64,000 nucleotides of DNA from Mobula hypostoma (taxonomy: Eukaryota), in assembly GCF_963921235.1 (NCBI RefSeq), contig NC_086097.1:224070001-224134000 (forward strand), in the 5' to 3' direction. The notes below the pieces were generated by a model, which saw only the letters and a program-made list of their open reading frames with translations, was not told the DNA's origin and ran no database searches. Positions 37,351 through 50,342 of this stretch are shown here, piece after piece; the first letter of the stretch is position 1, and every line of letters starts with the position of its first letter. The translations under genes were made by a program, and so were the position numbers.

Positions 37351-38597
37351 TCATTCTCCTGTTATTTCTCCGTAACTTTTGACACCCTTACTAATCTAGA
37401 ATTAAATATACCCAATGTCTTGGCCTCCATGGCATTGGCTGTCTGTGGCCCACATCCTCTGGCTAAAGGAATTTCTTCACGTCTTTGTTCTAAAGGGATG
37501 CGCTTCTATTCTATAGCTGTGCCCTCTCTCACTATTGGAAATATTTGTTTCATGTCTCTTCTATCCATTATTACAATGTTTTGTAGGTTTCAAAGAGATC
37601 TCCCTCCTGCCCCTCATTCTTCTAAACTCCAGCAAGTACAGGCTCAGAGCTAACATATGCTTCTCATTCATTAACTGTTTCGTTCCTGGGACCAGATTTC
37701 CTCTGGCCCCTCTCTAATGCCAACACGTCCTTCTGTAGGTGTGGGGTGCAAATCTGCTCACGATACTCCAATATGGTCTAACCAATGCCTTATAAAGCCT
37801 CAGCCTCACATCCTTCATTTATATTTTAATCCTTTAGAAACGAATGCTAGCATTGCATTTGTTTTCTTTACTGCTGAGTCAACCTTTTGGGGAATGCTGC
37901 ACAAGGATTCCTTCCCTTTGTACTTCTGATTTCTGAACTCGCTCCCTGATTTCATAAAAATATTCTACACCTTTATTCTTTCTATCAAAATGCGTGCCCA
38001 TACACTTCCCAACACTATTCCATCTGCAGCTACTTTGTCCATTCTCCTAATCTGTCCAAGTCTTTCTACAGACTCTGCTTCCTCAACACTATCTGCCCCT
38101 CCACCTATCTTGATATCATCCACAATCGTGTCCACAGAACTATCAATTCTGTAATGCGGGTCATTAACGTACAATGTGAAAAGTAGCGGACCAAACAGAG
38201 ACCCCTGCAAAACATGACTAGTCACCAGAAGCCAATCGGAAAAGGCCCCCTTCATTCCCACTCTTTGCCATCCTGGCTGATGGAGTGTCTTAAATCAAAT
38301 AAGTGGTACGTTTGCAGTTTGGCATATGCAGTTAAATTATTAAATAGTTTAAATGAAGGTGTATATTTTAAAAGGGTTTTTATTCTCAAGGCATCAGCTA
38401 TCTTCTGTCTGGTTTGGAACTCATTGAGGATTGTGCTTTCATTGCACGATTTTCAGTGACTTGTATGCAGTTCTTGTGGTTACCCTTAGAAGCTTTGGTC
38501 ACCAGAGAGGAGAGTGGACTCATTCCTTTGAATTGTGTGGCACAATCATGATGCCAAATTGGATACTTTTGTGCAGGTCAAGCAGCTGGAGGCAGGG

Positions 38598-39262
38598 AAA
38601 CACACAGAATGCTGGAGAAGCTCGGTAGATCACGCAGCATCCGTGGAAAGGAATAAAGAGTTAGTGTTTTGGGCTGAGGCTCTTCATCAGGACTGGAAAG
38701 GAAAAGGGAAGAAGCCAGAATAAGGAGGTGTGGAGAAGGGAAGGAGTACAAGCTGGTGGGTGAAACCAGGTGAGGGGATGGTGGGTGGGTGGGGGAGGGG
38801 GAGGGGGGATGTTGTGAGAAGCTGGGAGAAGGAGGGAAATGGCTGCAGAACAGGTGTTCCTAACCTTTTTTGCCATGGAGCCTTGCCGTTAACCAAGGGT
38901 CCGTGGATCCCAGGTTGAGAACCCCTGCTGTAGAGGGAATCTCATAGGAGGGAACAGTGGACCATGGGCGGGGGGGGGGTGTAAAAGGGAAAGGGGGGCC
39001 AACAGAGGGAGCTGATGGGTAGGTGAAGAGGGGAGAGAGAGATTAAGAGGGGAGCCAGAATGGGGAAATAGGAAACAGAGAAGGGGGAGGGGGGAAAAAT
39101 TACCAAAAATTAGAGAACTTTATGATTCATCTACCCAGATGGGATATGAGGTGTTGGTACTTCAACCTGAGGGTGGTGCCATGACAGCAGAGGAGTCAAT
39201 GGACAGACAAGTCAGAATGGGAGGTCAAATTGAAATAGATGGCCACCTGGAAATCCTGCCCA
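38598..39262 (-). mobile_element. Penelope-like 3' region with degenerate hammerhead, hosting a MITE
   Basis: Family tail; CTGATGA intact but GAAA mutated to AAAA; long pyrimidine-rich UTR on the minus strand. Confidence 0.7.
38851..38927. mobile_element. 77-bp hAT-Charlie-type MITE
   Basis: TIR CAGGTGTTCCTAACCT / AGGTTGAGAACCCCTG; imperfect 8-bp TSD CTGCAGAA/CTGTAGAG. Confidence 0.8.
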
Positions 39263-39274
39263 CATCCGAATTCT

Positions 39275-40012
39275 ATTCATCGACTACAGTTTGGTGTTCT
39301 ATACAATCGTTCCTCACAAGCTGGTGGGTAAACTGTCCTTGTTGGGTATCAACACCTCTTTATATAACTGGGTCTTGGGTTTCTTGACAGAGAGACCTCA
39401 GACAGTCCGTGTTGGCAGCAACCTCATTAACTCCATGTTGAGCCCTGGCACACCCCAGGGCTGTATGTTCAGCCGCTGTTGATCACACTGCTGATGCACG
39501 ACTGTACTGCTAGATCCAGCTCCAGCCACGTAATATTAAGTTCACTGATGACATTACAGTGGTTGGCCTCATCATCAACTAGTCTGCATATAGAGAGGAG
39601 ATAGATTGACTAGTGGACTGGTGCAAACACAGCAACTTAAGTCTCAACATGGACAAGACTGAAGAAATGATTGTGGACTTCAGGAAGGTGCAGGCTGACC
39701 ACTCCCTGTGCACATCAACAGCTCCACAGAGGAAAGTGTCAGGAGCACCAAGTTTCTTAGAGTGCACATCATGGATGATCTCACCTGGTCCCTCAATGCC
39801 ACCTCTTGAGTCAGGAAAGCACAGCAGTACCTCCACCTCATAAGGAGTTTGAGGCAAGCGAGGCTCCCTGCCCCCATTCTAACCAAATTTTACCAGGGCA
39901 CCATCAAGAGTGTCTTGACCAGCTGTATCACGTCTGGTATGGGAATTGCAAAACATCTGAGCACTAGACACCACCACGGATTGCAGGGACTGAAGAAAGG
40001 ATTATCAAGCAC
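39275..40012 (+). mobile_element. Rex1/Babar-like LINE RT fragment
   Basis: GTPQGC, KFTDD..VVGLI and LSLNMDKTEEMIVDFRK motifs. Confidence 0.85.
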
Positions 40013-40024
40013 ATAGCAAACATG

Positions 40025-40639
40025 TGCAACACCCTGGTTCACACTTTTACTGCTATGCTGTAGTTATTTCATTTTAGCAGTCTGTTCTGCTTTCAGCCTG
40101 TTTGGGTTATTGTTGAAGATAAGGGATGCTGGAACTGGGAGAAGGTTCAAGAAAACACTGGGGTGGGCGTTGGGAGGTTGTGGGGGACACTAAGGTTGGT
40201 CTTGGGTTTTTTTTTGTGTTCGGCGGGAGATGAAGAGAGAAGATGCTGGAGAGAACTGGTCGTAGGATTCGACCTGGTGGGGACTGTGATTCGATGGAGC
40301 AAGGTGCCGGGGTCTACTGAGGATCAGTGAATATATATGACTTTGGGAAGAGTTGAGCTCCGACTTGTGCACATTTGACTGTTTAATTATAATATGCCCT
40401 TTCTGTTTTTTTTCCTTTCTTTACTAACCCTTTAGTTAAGATTCATAAATATTCCTTTAATTGTATGCAGTGTGCTGTCTCTTATTTCCTGGCTCTTAGT
40501 TGTAACAGGGTAGCAAATTACACAACATCCACACAAACCAGGGTTTGGGGTGGGAGAGCAGTCTCAATCTCACAGGTTTGGCGGGAGCGGAGAGTGTATT
40601 CCCGAGACTTACACAGCCAAGGAAGCCAGTGGGGTTTCA
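40025..40639. mobile_element. Probable solo LTR
   Basis: About 615 bp bounded by TGCAACACC...GGGGTTTCA (TG...CA, imperfect terminal inverted repeat); non-coding; no clean TSD. Confidence 0.45.
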
Positions 40640-42284
40640 TGTATGATATATAATAGTTGTTTAATCAGTCCTGGGCACTAAACCTAGTTCAATAAAGATT
40701 TGTGGAAATTATTGAAAGTTATGTTAACTGGTTTATAATCCAACAACATCCTGTCTAGTGCTGAAGACATCTTTTCCAGAATGACAGGCTATCCCAGCGT
40801 AAGGAACGGGTGCTGTTTTAATAGATATGCCTAAGTTGGTTTTGTCCGCAAGTCTGAAAATACACAAAAATTGCTTAAGGTGGTAACTGTCAGTCATATA
40901 ATGAATGGCATGAAAAGCATCAAAGACTAGTGAGAAAGAACAATTACCAGAAGTGAGGAGAGACAGCCAACTAGTTCTGCCATTGGCAGGAGCAAATGCA
41001 TGTATTTACATCAGACTTTTGAATTTGATAATGTTCTGGGACCTCATTTTCAAGTAGAGGTGACCATAAGTCAGGTGTTCTGCCTTTATTTGAGTGTTCC
41101 AGTAATGTGAATGTTGCCTATTGCCTGTCCAAAAATGGGCAAGCACTGGCATGCTGTCATTGGCAGAGTGATGGTATGTAACAATGGCAATATTGTCAGT
41201 AGTCTGACTGCACTGTTTAGGATTGTGGTGAATATTGGTAGCTCAGGTTGAAAGATTGAAAGAATTAAATCTTTTTAGCCTAAGTAGACCTGGTAGAAGT
41301 GTTCACTTTCATTAAGGGTGTAAGTAAAGTGGATGTTAGCTGCTGCTTCAAAATTAATCCATCATCAAGGACACGGTGCCATAGGTGCAGTCTGGTTAAG
41401 GGGAGATTTCAGATGAACATCAGGAAGCATTTCTTTACACAGTGAGTTGTGGACACCTGGAGCAAACTACCTAGTTGTTTTCAGAAGGCTTTTGACAAGG
41501 TGCCACACATGAGGCTGCTTAATAAGCTATGAGCTCAGGGTAATAGAGGAAAGATTCTAGCATGGATAAGGCAGTGGGCTGATTGGCGGGAGGAAACGCA
41601 TAGGAATAAAGGGATCCTTCCCTGGTTGGCTGCCGGTGACGAGTGGTGTTCCACAGGGATCTGTGTTGGGATCAATTCTTTTTACGATAGAGGGGGTGGT
41701 GTGGCCCTGTGTATAAGAAATAATATTAAATCATTAGAAAGGGATGGCATAGGATCGGAAGGTGTAGAGTCTCTATGGACTGAGTTAAATGGCAAGGGTA
41801 AAAGGACCTTAATGGTAGTTGTATACAGGCCTCCAAACAGCAGCCGGGATGTGGATTACAGCAGGAGATAGAAAAGGCATGTCAGAAGGGCATAATTGTT
41901 GGGGATTTTAACATGAAAGTGGATTGAGAAAACCAGGTCAGTACTGTATCTTGAAAGAGGATTTGTAGAATGTCTAAGGGATGGCTTTTTAGAACAGCTT
42001 GCTGTTGAGCCCACTAGGCTGTGCTGGATTGGATGTTGTGCAATGATCCGGAGGTGATAAGAGTGTTTAAGGTTAAGGAACAGTGATCACAATATGATCA
42101 AGCTCACTTTGAAATTTGAGAGGGAAAAAATAAAATCTAACGTTGTATTTCAGTGGAATAAAGGAAATTATAATGGCATAAGAGGGGAACTGGCCAAAGT
42201 TAACTGGAAAGGGGCATTTGCAGGAAGGACAGAAGAGCAGCAATGGCTGGAATTTCTGTGAAAAATGAGGGAAGTGCAAGACAG

Positions 42285-42309
42285 ATATATATATATATAT
42301 ATATATATA
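42285..42309 (+). repeat. (AT)n microsatellite within CR1
   Basis: Direct reading. Confidence 0.9.
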
Positions 42310-43040
42310 CTGAATAAAAAGAGATTTTCGACTGGAAGTACGATATTACCGTGGCTGACAAGTGAAGTCAGAGTCAAGGTAAAAGCAAAAGAGAGGGCCA
42401 AAGCTAGTTGGAAGATAGAGGATTGGGAAGGTTTTTAAAAACTTACAGAAGGAAATTAAGAAGGTCATTAGGAAGGAAAAGATGAATTATGAAAGGAAGC
42501 TGAGGACTAATATCAAAGAAGATACCAAAAGCTTTTTTAAGTAAAGGGTAAAAGAGAGTCGAGGGTAGATATAGGACCAATAGAAAATGATGCTGGAGAT
42601 ATTGTAATGAGAGATGCAGAGATGGCAGAGGAACTGAATGTGAATTTTGCATCAGTCTTCACAATGGAAGACATCTGCAGTATATCGGACATTCAGGAGT
42701 GTCGGGGAAGTGCAGTATGTGCAGTGAAAATTACGACTGAGAAGGTGCTCAGGAAGCGTAATGCTCTGAGGGTGGGTAAATCTCCTGGACCTGATGGAAT
42801 GCACCCTCGGGTTCAGAAGGAAATTGCTGGAGAGATTGCGGAGGCATCAACAATGATCTTTCAAGAATCAATAGATTCTGGCATTGTATTGGATGACAGG
42901 AAAATTGCAAATGTTACTCCACTATTTAAGAAGGGTGGGAGCAGCAGAAAGGAAACTATAGACCTGTTAGCCTGACATCAGTGGTTGGGAAGTTGTTGGA
43001 ATCGATTGTTAGGAATGAGATTACGGAGTACCTGGAGGCA

Positions 43041-45146
43041 CATAGAAAAAAAACTACAGCACAGAAACAGGCCTTTTGGCCCTTCTTGGCTGTGCCGAAC
43101 TATTTTCTGCCTAGTCCCACTGACCTGCATATGGACCATATCCTTCCATACACCTCCCGTCCATATATCTGTCCAATTTATTCTTAAATGTTAAAAAAGA
43201 ACCCGCATTTACCGCCTCATCTGGCAGCTCATTCCATACTCCCACCACTCTCTGTGCGAAGAAGCCCCCCCCCCCAATGTTCCCTTTAAACTTTTCCCCC
43301 CTCACCCTTAATCCATATCCTCTGGTTTTTTCCTTCCCTTGCCTCAGTGGAAAAAGCCTGCTTGCATTCACTCTATCTATACCCATCATAATTTTATATA
43401 CCTCTCAAATCTCCCCTCATTCTTCTACGCTCCATGGAATAAAGTCCTAACCTATTCAACCTTTCTCTGTAACTGAGCTTCTCAAGTCCTGGCAAACATC
43501 CTTGTAAACCTTCTCTGCATTCTTTCAACCTTATTTATATTCATCCTGTAATTTGGTGACCAAAACTGAACACAATACTCCAGATTCGGCCTCACCAATG
43601 CCTTGTACAACCTCATCATAACATTCCAGCTCTTATACTCAGTACTTTGATTAATAAAGGCCAATGTACCAAAAGCTCTCTTTACGACCCTATCTACCTG
43701 AGACGCCACTTTTAGGGAATTTTGTATCTGTATTCCCAGATCCCTCTGTTCTACTGCACTCCTCCGTGCCTTACCATTTACCCTGTATGTTCTACCTTGG
43801 TTTGTCCTTCCAAAGTGCAATACCTCACACTTGTCTGTATTAAACTCCATCTGCCATTTTTCAGCCCATTTTTCCTGCTGGTCCAAGTCCCTCTGCAGGC
43901 TCTGAAATCCTTCCTCATTGTCCACTACACCTCCAATCTTTGTATCATCAGCAAATTTGCTGATCCAATTTCCCACATTATCATCCAGATCATTGATATA
44001 ACAATGTACCCAGCACTGATCCCTGTGGCACACCACTAGTCACAGGCCTCCACTCTGAGAAGCAATCCTCTACGACCACTCTTTGGCTTCTTCCATTGAG
44101 CCAATGTCTAATCCAATTTGCCACCTCTCCATGTATACCTAGCGACTGAATTTTCCTAACTAACCTCCCATGCAGGACCTTGTCAAAGGCCTTACTGAAG
44201 TCCATGTAGACAACATCCACTGCCTCCCCGTCATCCACTTTCCTGGTAACCTCCTCGGAAAAACTCCAATAGATTGGTCAAACATGACCTACCACGCACA
44301 AAGCCATGTTGACTCTCCCTAATAAGTCCCTGTCTATCCAAATGCTTGTAAATTCTGTTTCTTAGTACACCCTCCAAAAACTTACCCACTACCGACGTCA
44401 CACTTACTGGCCTATAATTTCCTGGATTACTTTTCGATCCTTTTTTAAACAATGGAACAACATGAGCCATTCTCCAATCCTCCGGCACCTCACCCGTAGA
44501 CACTGACATTTTAAATATATCTGTCAGGGCCCCTGCAATTTCAACACTAGTCTCCTTCAAGGTCCGAGGGAATACCCTGTCAGGTCCTGGGGATTTATCC
44601 ACTTTAATTTGCCTCAAGATAGCAAGCACCTCCTCCTTTTCAATCTGTATAGTTTCCATGATCTCACTACTTGTTTCCCTTAATTCCATAGACTTCATCC
44701 CAGTTTCCTTAGTAAATACAAATGCAAAAAACCCATTTAAGATCTCCCCCATTTCTTTTGGTTCCGCCCATAGCCGAGCACTCTGATCTTCAAGAGGACC
44801 AACTTTATCCCTTACAATCCTTGTACTCTTAATGTACCTGTAAAAGCTCTTTGCCTTGGCAGTCAAAGTGAAGGATAATCCAATGTCATGTCTTTTAGCC
44901 TTCCTGATTTCGTTCTTAACTATTTTCTTGCACTCTTTATACTCCTCAAGCGCCTTATTTACTCCCTGTTTCCTATACATGTCATGCAACTCTCTTCTTC
45001 TTTATCAGAGTTGCAATATCCCTTGAGAGCCAAGGTTCCTTATTCCTATTCACTTTGCCTTTAATCCTGACAGGAACATACAAGCTCTGCACTCTCAAAA
45101 TTTCTCCTTTGAAGGCTTCCCACTTACTGAGCACATCCTTGCCAGA
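43041..45146 (-). mobile_element. Young CR1 LINE (RT) inserted antisense
   Basis: Long ORFs of 252 aa and 184 aa with GNYRPVSVTS, QHGFVRGRSCLTNL, YMDFSKAFDKV and KFADD. TSD-like GGAGGC at 43034 and 45147. Confidence 0.92.
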
Positions 45147-46420
45147 GGAGGCTGACAAGATGGGCAAAAGCCAGCATGGTTTCCTGAAAGGAAAATTCTG
45201 TCTGACTAACCTATTGGAGCTTTATGAGGAAATTACAAGCAGAAGATGTGGTAGATGTGTACTTGGATTTTCAGAAGATCTTTGACAAGGTGCCACACAT
45301 GAGGCTGTTTAGCAAGATAAGAGCCCATGGAATTACAGGGAAATTACTGGCATGGGTGATCAGCAGAAAACGGAGAGTGGGAATAAAGGGATCCTATTCT
45401 GGCTGGCTTCTGGTTACCAGTGGAGTTCCACAGGGGTTGGTGTTGGGACCGTTGGTTTTTACGATGTATGTCAATGATTTGGACTATGGGATTAATGGAT
45501 TTGTGGCTAAATTTGTCTATGATACAAAGATAGGTGGAGGAGCGAATAGTACTGAGGAAGCAGAGCTTGCAGAGAGACCTAGATAGTTTATGGAAATGGG
45601 CAAAGAAGTGGCAAATAAAATAAAATGTTGCAAAGTGTATGGTCATGCACTTTGGTGGAAGAAATAAACAGGCAGACTATTATTTAGATGGGGAGAGAAT
45701 TCAAAATGCAGAGATGCAAAGGGACTTGGGAGTCCTTGTGCAGGATACCCTAAAGGTTGAGTTGGTGATGAAGGCGGCAAATGCAATGTTGGCATTCATT
45801 TCTAGAGGGCTAGAATATAAAAGCAAGAATGTGATGTTGAGGCTCTATAAGACACTCGTGAGACTACAATTGGAATATTGTGTGCAGTTTTGGGCTCCTT
45901 ATTTTAGAAAAGATATACTGACATGGGAGAGGGTTCAGAGAAGATTCATGAAAATGATTCCAGGAATGAAAGGGTTTCCGTATGAGGAATGTCTGGCAGC
46001 CCTTGAATTGTATTCCCTGGAGTTCAGGAGAATGAGGGGGGATCTCAGAAACATTCTGAATGTTAAAAGGCTTGAACAGATTAGATATGGCGAAGTTATT
46101 TCCCATGGTAGGGGAGTCTAGGGCAAGAGAGCATGACTTAAGATTGAAGGCTGTCCATTTAGAACAGCGATGCAGAGAAATCACTTCAGTCAGAGGGTGG
46201 TAAATCTGTGGGACTGGTTGCCATGAGCGGCTGTGAAGGCCAAGTTATTGGGTGTATTTAAGGCAGAGATAGCTAGGTTTTTGATTAGCCAAGACATCAA
46301 AGGGTATGAGGAGAAGGCAGGGGAGTTGGGATGACTGGAAGAATTGGATTAGCCCATGATTGAATGGCAGGGCAGACTCAATGGGCTGAATGGCCTACTT
46401 CTGTTCCTATTTCTTATGGA

Positions 46421-47270
46421 CTGTTTTCTACATGGAGAGAAAATACAAAAAACTGAGATGCAAAGGGACTTGGGGGTCCTTATGCAGGATCCCTAAAGGT
46501 TAATTTGCAGGTTGAGGTCTTTGGTGAGGAAGGTAAATGCAATGTTAACATTCATTTTAAGAGGGCTAGAATATAAAACCAAGGATGCAATGTTGAGATT
46601 TTTTAAAGCACTGATGAGTTCTCACTTGGAGTATTGTGAGCAGTTTTGGGCCCCTTATTTTAGAAAGGATGTGCCGAAACTGGAGGTTCATGAAATGATT
46701 TTAGGATTAAGTGGCTTGTCATATGGAGAGTGTTTGATTGCTCTGGACCTGTATTCACTGGAATTCAGAAGAATTAGGGTTGACCTGATTGAAACCTATC
46801 GAATGGAGAAAGGCCTTGATAGAGTGCATGTGGAGAGGATGTTCCCTATGGAGGGAGTGTCTGAGACCAGAGGACACAGCTTCAGAATAGAGGGTGTGTC
46901 CTTTTTGAATGGAGATGAGGAGGAATTTCTTTAGCCAGAGAATGGTGAATCTGGAAATCTTTGCCACAAGCTGCTGTAGAGGGCAAGTCCTTTATTTATA
47001 TATGTATATGTGTGTGTGTGTTTTTTATATATATCATACATACATACATACATGTCCTGGCCAACAAGAATCTATCAAACCTTATATAGTGCTCTCTTGC
47101 TCTCTCTCTCATTTGATAGATTCTTGTTGGCCAGTACATGAAGGGATATGGGAAGAAGGCAGGAGATTGGGGCTGAGATGAAAATTGGATCAGCCATGAT
47201 GAAATGGTGGAGCAGACTCAATGGACCAAATGGCCTAATTCTGCTCCTATATTTCATGGTCCTATGGTCT
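46421..47270 (+). mobile_element. CR1 3' fragment in tandem with the previous copy
   Basis: ORF 46512-46934 RT C-terminus; has its own tail near 47250. Confidence 0.85.
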
Positions 47271-47404
47271 TTGTGTAGTTGGAGTAGTACCTTTAGATAC
47301 AGTACTTCCAAATCTAAACTTGATAATTATTTCAACACAATGTGAATAGGAATTTGGCAAACTTTGTTGGGCCAATTGGTCTTTTGTCAAAAACTTACTA
47401 ATAT

Positions 47405-48085
47405 TCTAAAGTTGGAAGTTGTGTTCGCTGAGCTTGGTAGTTAGCTTGCAGATATTTGAGGTGATATCAACTCATTTGAGGTGACATCTTGAAAGGGCAG
47501 TTGTTGGTGTTGCTCTCTGGGAGTGTTTGTGTTTATTTGGGCTCCTGTTTGCCTGCCTCGGTCCTGTTTGACTACCCCTTTAGTTGACCTTTGTATTCTT
47601 TTGGCTCATGTTTCTTTCGCTCTTAGAGGTTCATAGATGGCGTCTATTTCAATATGTTTATTACAGATTTAACAGAAGAGAACCATGCTTCTAAAAGTTC
47701 TTGTCTGCTTTGTGTTTGCCTGCACCAGAACCTCTGTAGTGTCCCAATCTCAGTCTTCATGTACTGAGATCAGCAACAGTAGATCATGTCTCTGTACTGC
47801 CCGTTTGTGTTCCTGTAAACGAGTTGAGAGTTTATGTCCTGTCTGGCTGATGTAGTTCTTGTTGCAGGCTCCACAGATGATCCTGTACATCAAATTGCCT
47901 TTTGTTGATTGCTTGTACAGTTCTCTTGGTTCTCGAGACAAGCTTCCTTAAATTCCTCATTTGTTTGTGAGCAATTGGGATGCTGTGAGGTTCAAGCGGT
48001 CGAGCTGTCACTTCTGAAGATATTCTTGATGTAGGGCAAGGTTGTGTGTTTCACTGTTCGTTGAGCAAGGTCTGCTTGTGTTTAG
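47405..48085 (-). mobile_element. Penelope-like element GIY-YIG endonuclease fragment
   Basis: TLPYIKNI, MYRIICGACNKNYISQTGHKLSTRLQEH (GIY-YIG signature) and LEAWFS on the minus strand. Confidence 0.85.
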
Positions 48086-48094
48086 CCTGACTAC

Positions 48095-48575
48095 TCACTC
48101 ACTGCAAAGTCAGGAATGTGATAAAATGCTCTCCTCCTTTCTGCATGAGTGCAACTATGACAGCGGACGAGAGGGTTGGCATTATCCAAGATAAAGAATA
48201 TGCTTGATTGGCATTCCATCCGTCTGAAACATTCATTCTCTCTCTATCACTGGAACAGTACAGCTACAGTTTGTGTCATTTATAAGGTGCATTTCTGCTT
48301 GTTTTGACAGGCTCCATTAAAAGCTCTTTGATCTCTGAAGAATATGGCCAGAAGGCATGTTTAATCATTGCCAATTGCCAAGTAACTTTCCAAATTGCCC
48401 AATATTCCAAAATATTTGACATCATTATTATTGAGTAACATTCTTAGAACTTGTAAACTTCAATCCTGGGAATATCTTTACCTGGACTGCAGTGTTTGTG
48501 TGAATAGTTTCAAAAGAAACTAGAATGGCAGTAAAAATTGGTCTTGTCAGCAATGTCCAGATTACCATAATTAAA
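48095..48575 (+). mobile_element. Ancient CR1/L2-type LINE 3' remnant
   Basis: Similar to 2950-3450. Confidence 0.5.
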
Positions 48576-48734
48576 CTGACGCTTATGAAAATAAATTAGA
48601 TGGGATTGCATGCTGCCATGGGTGAAGTGGGAGCATTTACAATGAAATTGAAGACCAGGTTCATGTGACTGAAACATAAAAGACTGCAAAAGTTTTTCTT
48701 CCCCTTGGGGGAGGGGGGGGGGAGAGAAGAAAAG

Positions 48735-49375
48735 ATACCAGAGAAACTCAGCAGTTCAGGCAGCATCTATAGAAGGGAAAGGAACAGTCACTGTATACCA
48801 CACTGACCTGTCTGTCCTTGGATGATTCCACTGCCAATGAGGCCAAACACACTGCAGGAATAACATCTAATAATCCGTCTGGGTAATCCACAACCCAAGG
48901 GCATGAACAGTGAATTCTCCGATTTTAGGTAACCTGCACCTCTCTGACCCTTTCCCTCCTACATACAACTGCCATACCAGTCCCCATCACTTAGTTTCTT
49001 TCCTCACCCCCACCTACTGCATCTGCTTACACTCCTTCCCTCTCAACTCCTCACAACATTCTTTCTATTTGCCCTTCTGTCTTTATTTGGTTCCATGATC
49101 TACCTTCCTTTCCTATCAGATTGCATCACCCTTTGTTGCCTCTACCTATCATCTCCAACACTTGCTATTCCCACCCTTCCCTTCTCCATTTGCCAGTTAG
49201 CCCTCTTAACCTAGATCCACCTTGCTAGCTCTTTCCCTGACCCTACACCTCACATCTTTAAGCTGGCTGTTTGCTCCCTCCTGTTTCATTCTGGATGAAG
49301 GGCCTCAAAATGTCGACTGTCCATTTTCCTCTAAGGATTCCGTCTGAGCCTCTTGCGTTCTTCCAGCAGGGTGTT
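48735..49375 (+). mobile_element. Penelope-like 3' region preceded by an inverted end
   Basis: Inverted family tail at 48735-48792; forward pyrimidine-rich UTR and decayed hammerhead at 49291-49320. Confidence 0.65.
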
Positions 49376-49729
49376 TCACTTTGATTAGGATGGTAATGTT
49401 CCTTTTTTGTGTGGTTGGAAATGTAAACTATGGAGTGGGAATGCAGATCTGGAGTATTGGAAAAGGCAAGCCTTCATTTCAAGAGTATATGAAATCGGGG
49501 TTCAGGCGTCATGAGGGAAATTGGCATTGTGTTCCTGGGAATGAAGCTGAATAGCTACGATGAAAGAATTTTGGCTCTGAAACTCGAGTGTGAACCTAAG
49601 GTGATGGGTGGCGAGTTTGATAGTATTAAGAAACAAGATTTCGGAGGTAAATTCAGTATGATGGCTTTTTAAAAATTGGGTTTCTTGATTTTTGAATGTT
49701 CTTGCATTGCTTTCCAGTAATCACTGATT

Positions 49730-49985
49730 GGGGTTCAGTGCTGCTGTCTGTTAGGAGTTTGTACTAACAGACAGCGTTACTGCGTCAGTTCCTCTTCCTG
49801 CTCTGGTTTCCTCCCACATTCCAAAGATGTACAAGTTAGGTTTAGAAAGTTCTGGGCATGCTATGTTGGTGACCCATGTGGGCTGCACAGCACCATCCTG
49901 GCTGATTGGACTTGACACAAGCAGTGCATTTCACTGTATCGTTTGATGGTTCGATATACATGTGACAAATAAAACTAATATTTAA
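49730..49985 (+). mobile_element. V-SINE-like element
   Basis: GCTCTGGTTTCCTCCCACATTCCAAAGA V-domain-like motif; tail ACATGTGACAAATAAA. Confidence 0.7.
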
Positions 49986-50149
49986 ATGTTTCCTTTTAGA
50001 TCACTTGAGTGCTAAACTGTACTAGTTTAGTATGATGAAAGCAGCGATCAAGTCAGTCTGTATAACAAAGAACAGTGTAAGTGCTTTGTACCACAAAACA
50101 AAGAAATTAAAATGAGTTGCATTGATGGTGCCTTTTTCTTGTATTTCAG

Positions 50150-50342
50150 GTTCGTTTGGTTATTGCGGAAAAGGGGCTAAAATGTGAGGAGTATGATGTT
50201 AATTTACCACTAAGTGAGCACAATGAACCATGGTTTATGCGTTTGAACCCAGCGGGAGAGGTACCTGTGTTAATACATGGAGAGAACATCATCTGTGAAT
50301 CCGCTCTGATCATTGATTACCTCGAGAGCAAATTTGAAGATG
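50150..50342 (+). CDS. GDAP1: GDAP1 coding exon 2 (193 nt, GST N-terminal domain)
   Basis: Polypyrimidine tract and TTTCAG acceptor ending at 50149. Translates VRLVIAEKGLKCEEYDVNLPLSEHNEPWFMRLNPAGEVPVLIHGENIICESALIIDYLESKFED(G), near-identical to human. Phase-1 GTAATG donor at 50343; frame continues from exon 1. Confidence 0.97.

Larger units (their letters stand above)
36360..38275 (-). mobile_element. CR1 3' fragment interrupted by Rex-like and RTE-like inserts
   Basis: ORF 37965-38261 (VLQGSLFGPLLFTLYVND); tail pieces at 36360-36420 and 37025-37068. Confidence 0.75.
41478..46420 (+). mobile_element. CR1 LINE (EN+RT+tail), split by an antisense CR1; short extra RT piece at 41478-41685
   Basis: GGGVAL, VVYRPPN, KSPGPDGMHPRV, SGVPQGLVLGP and RLYKTLVR. 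Frame context EYLEA|DKMGKSQHGF continues across the insert. Confidence 0.88.

Noticed and set aside
43482..44989. Long RT ORFs as a functional or domesticated gene
   Set aside because: 5'-truncated CR1 with several frameshifts and no splice signals.
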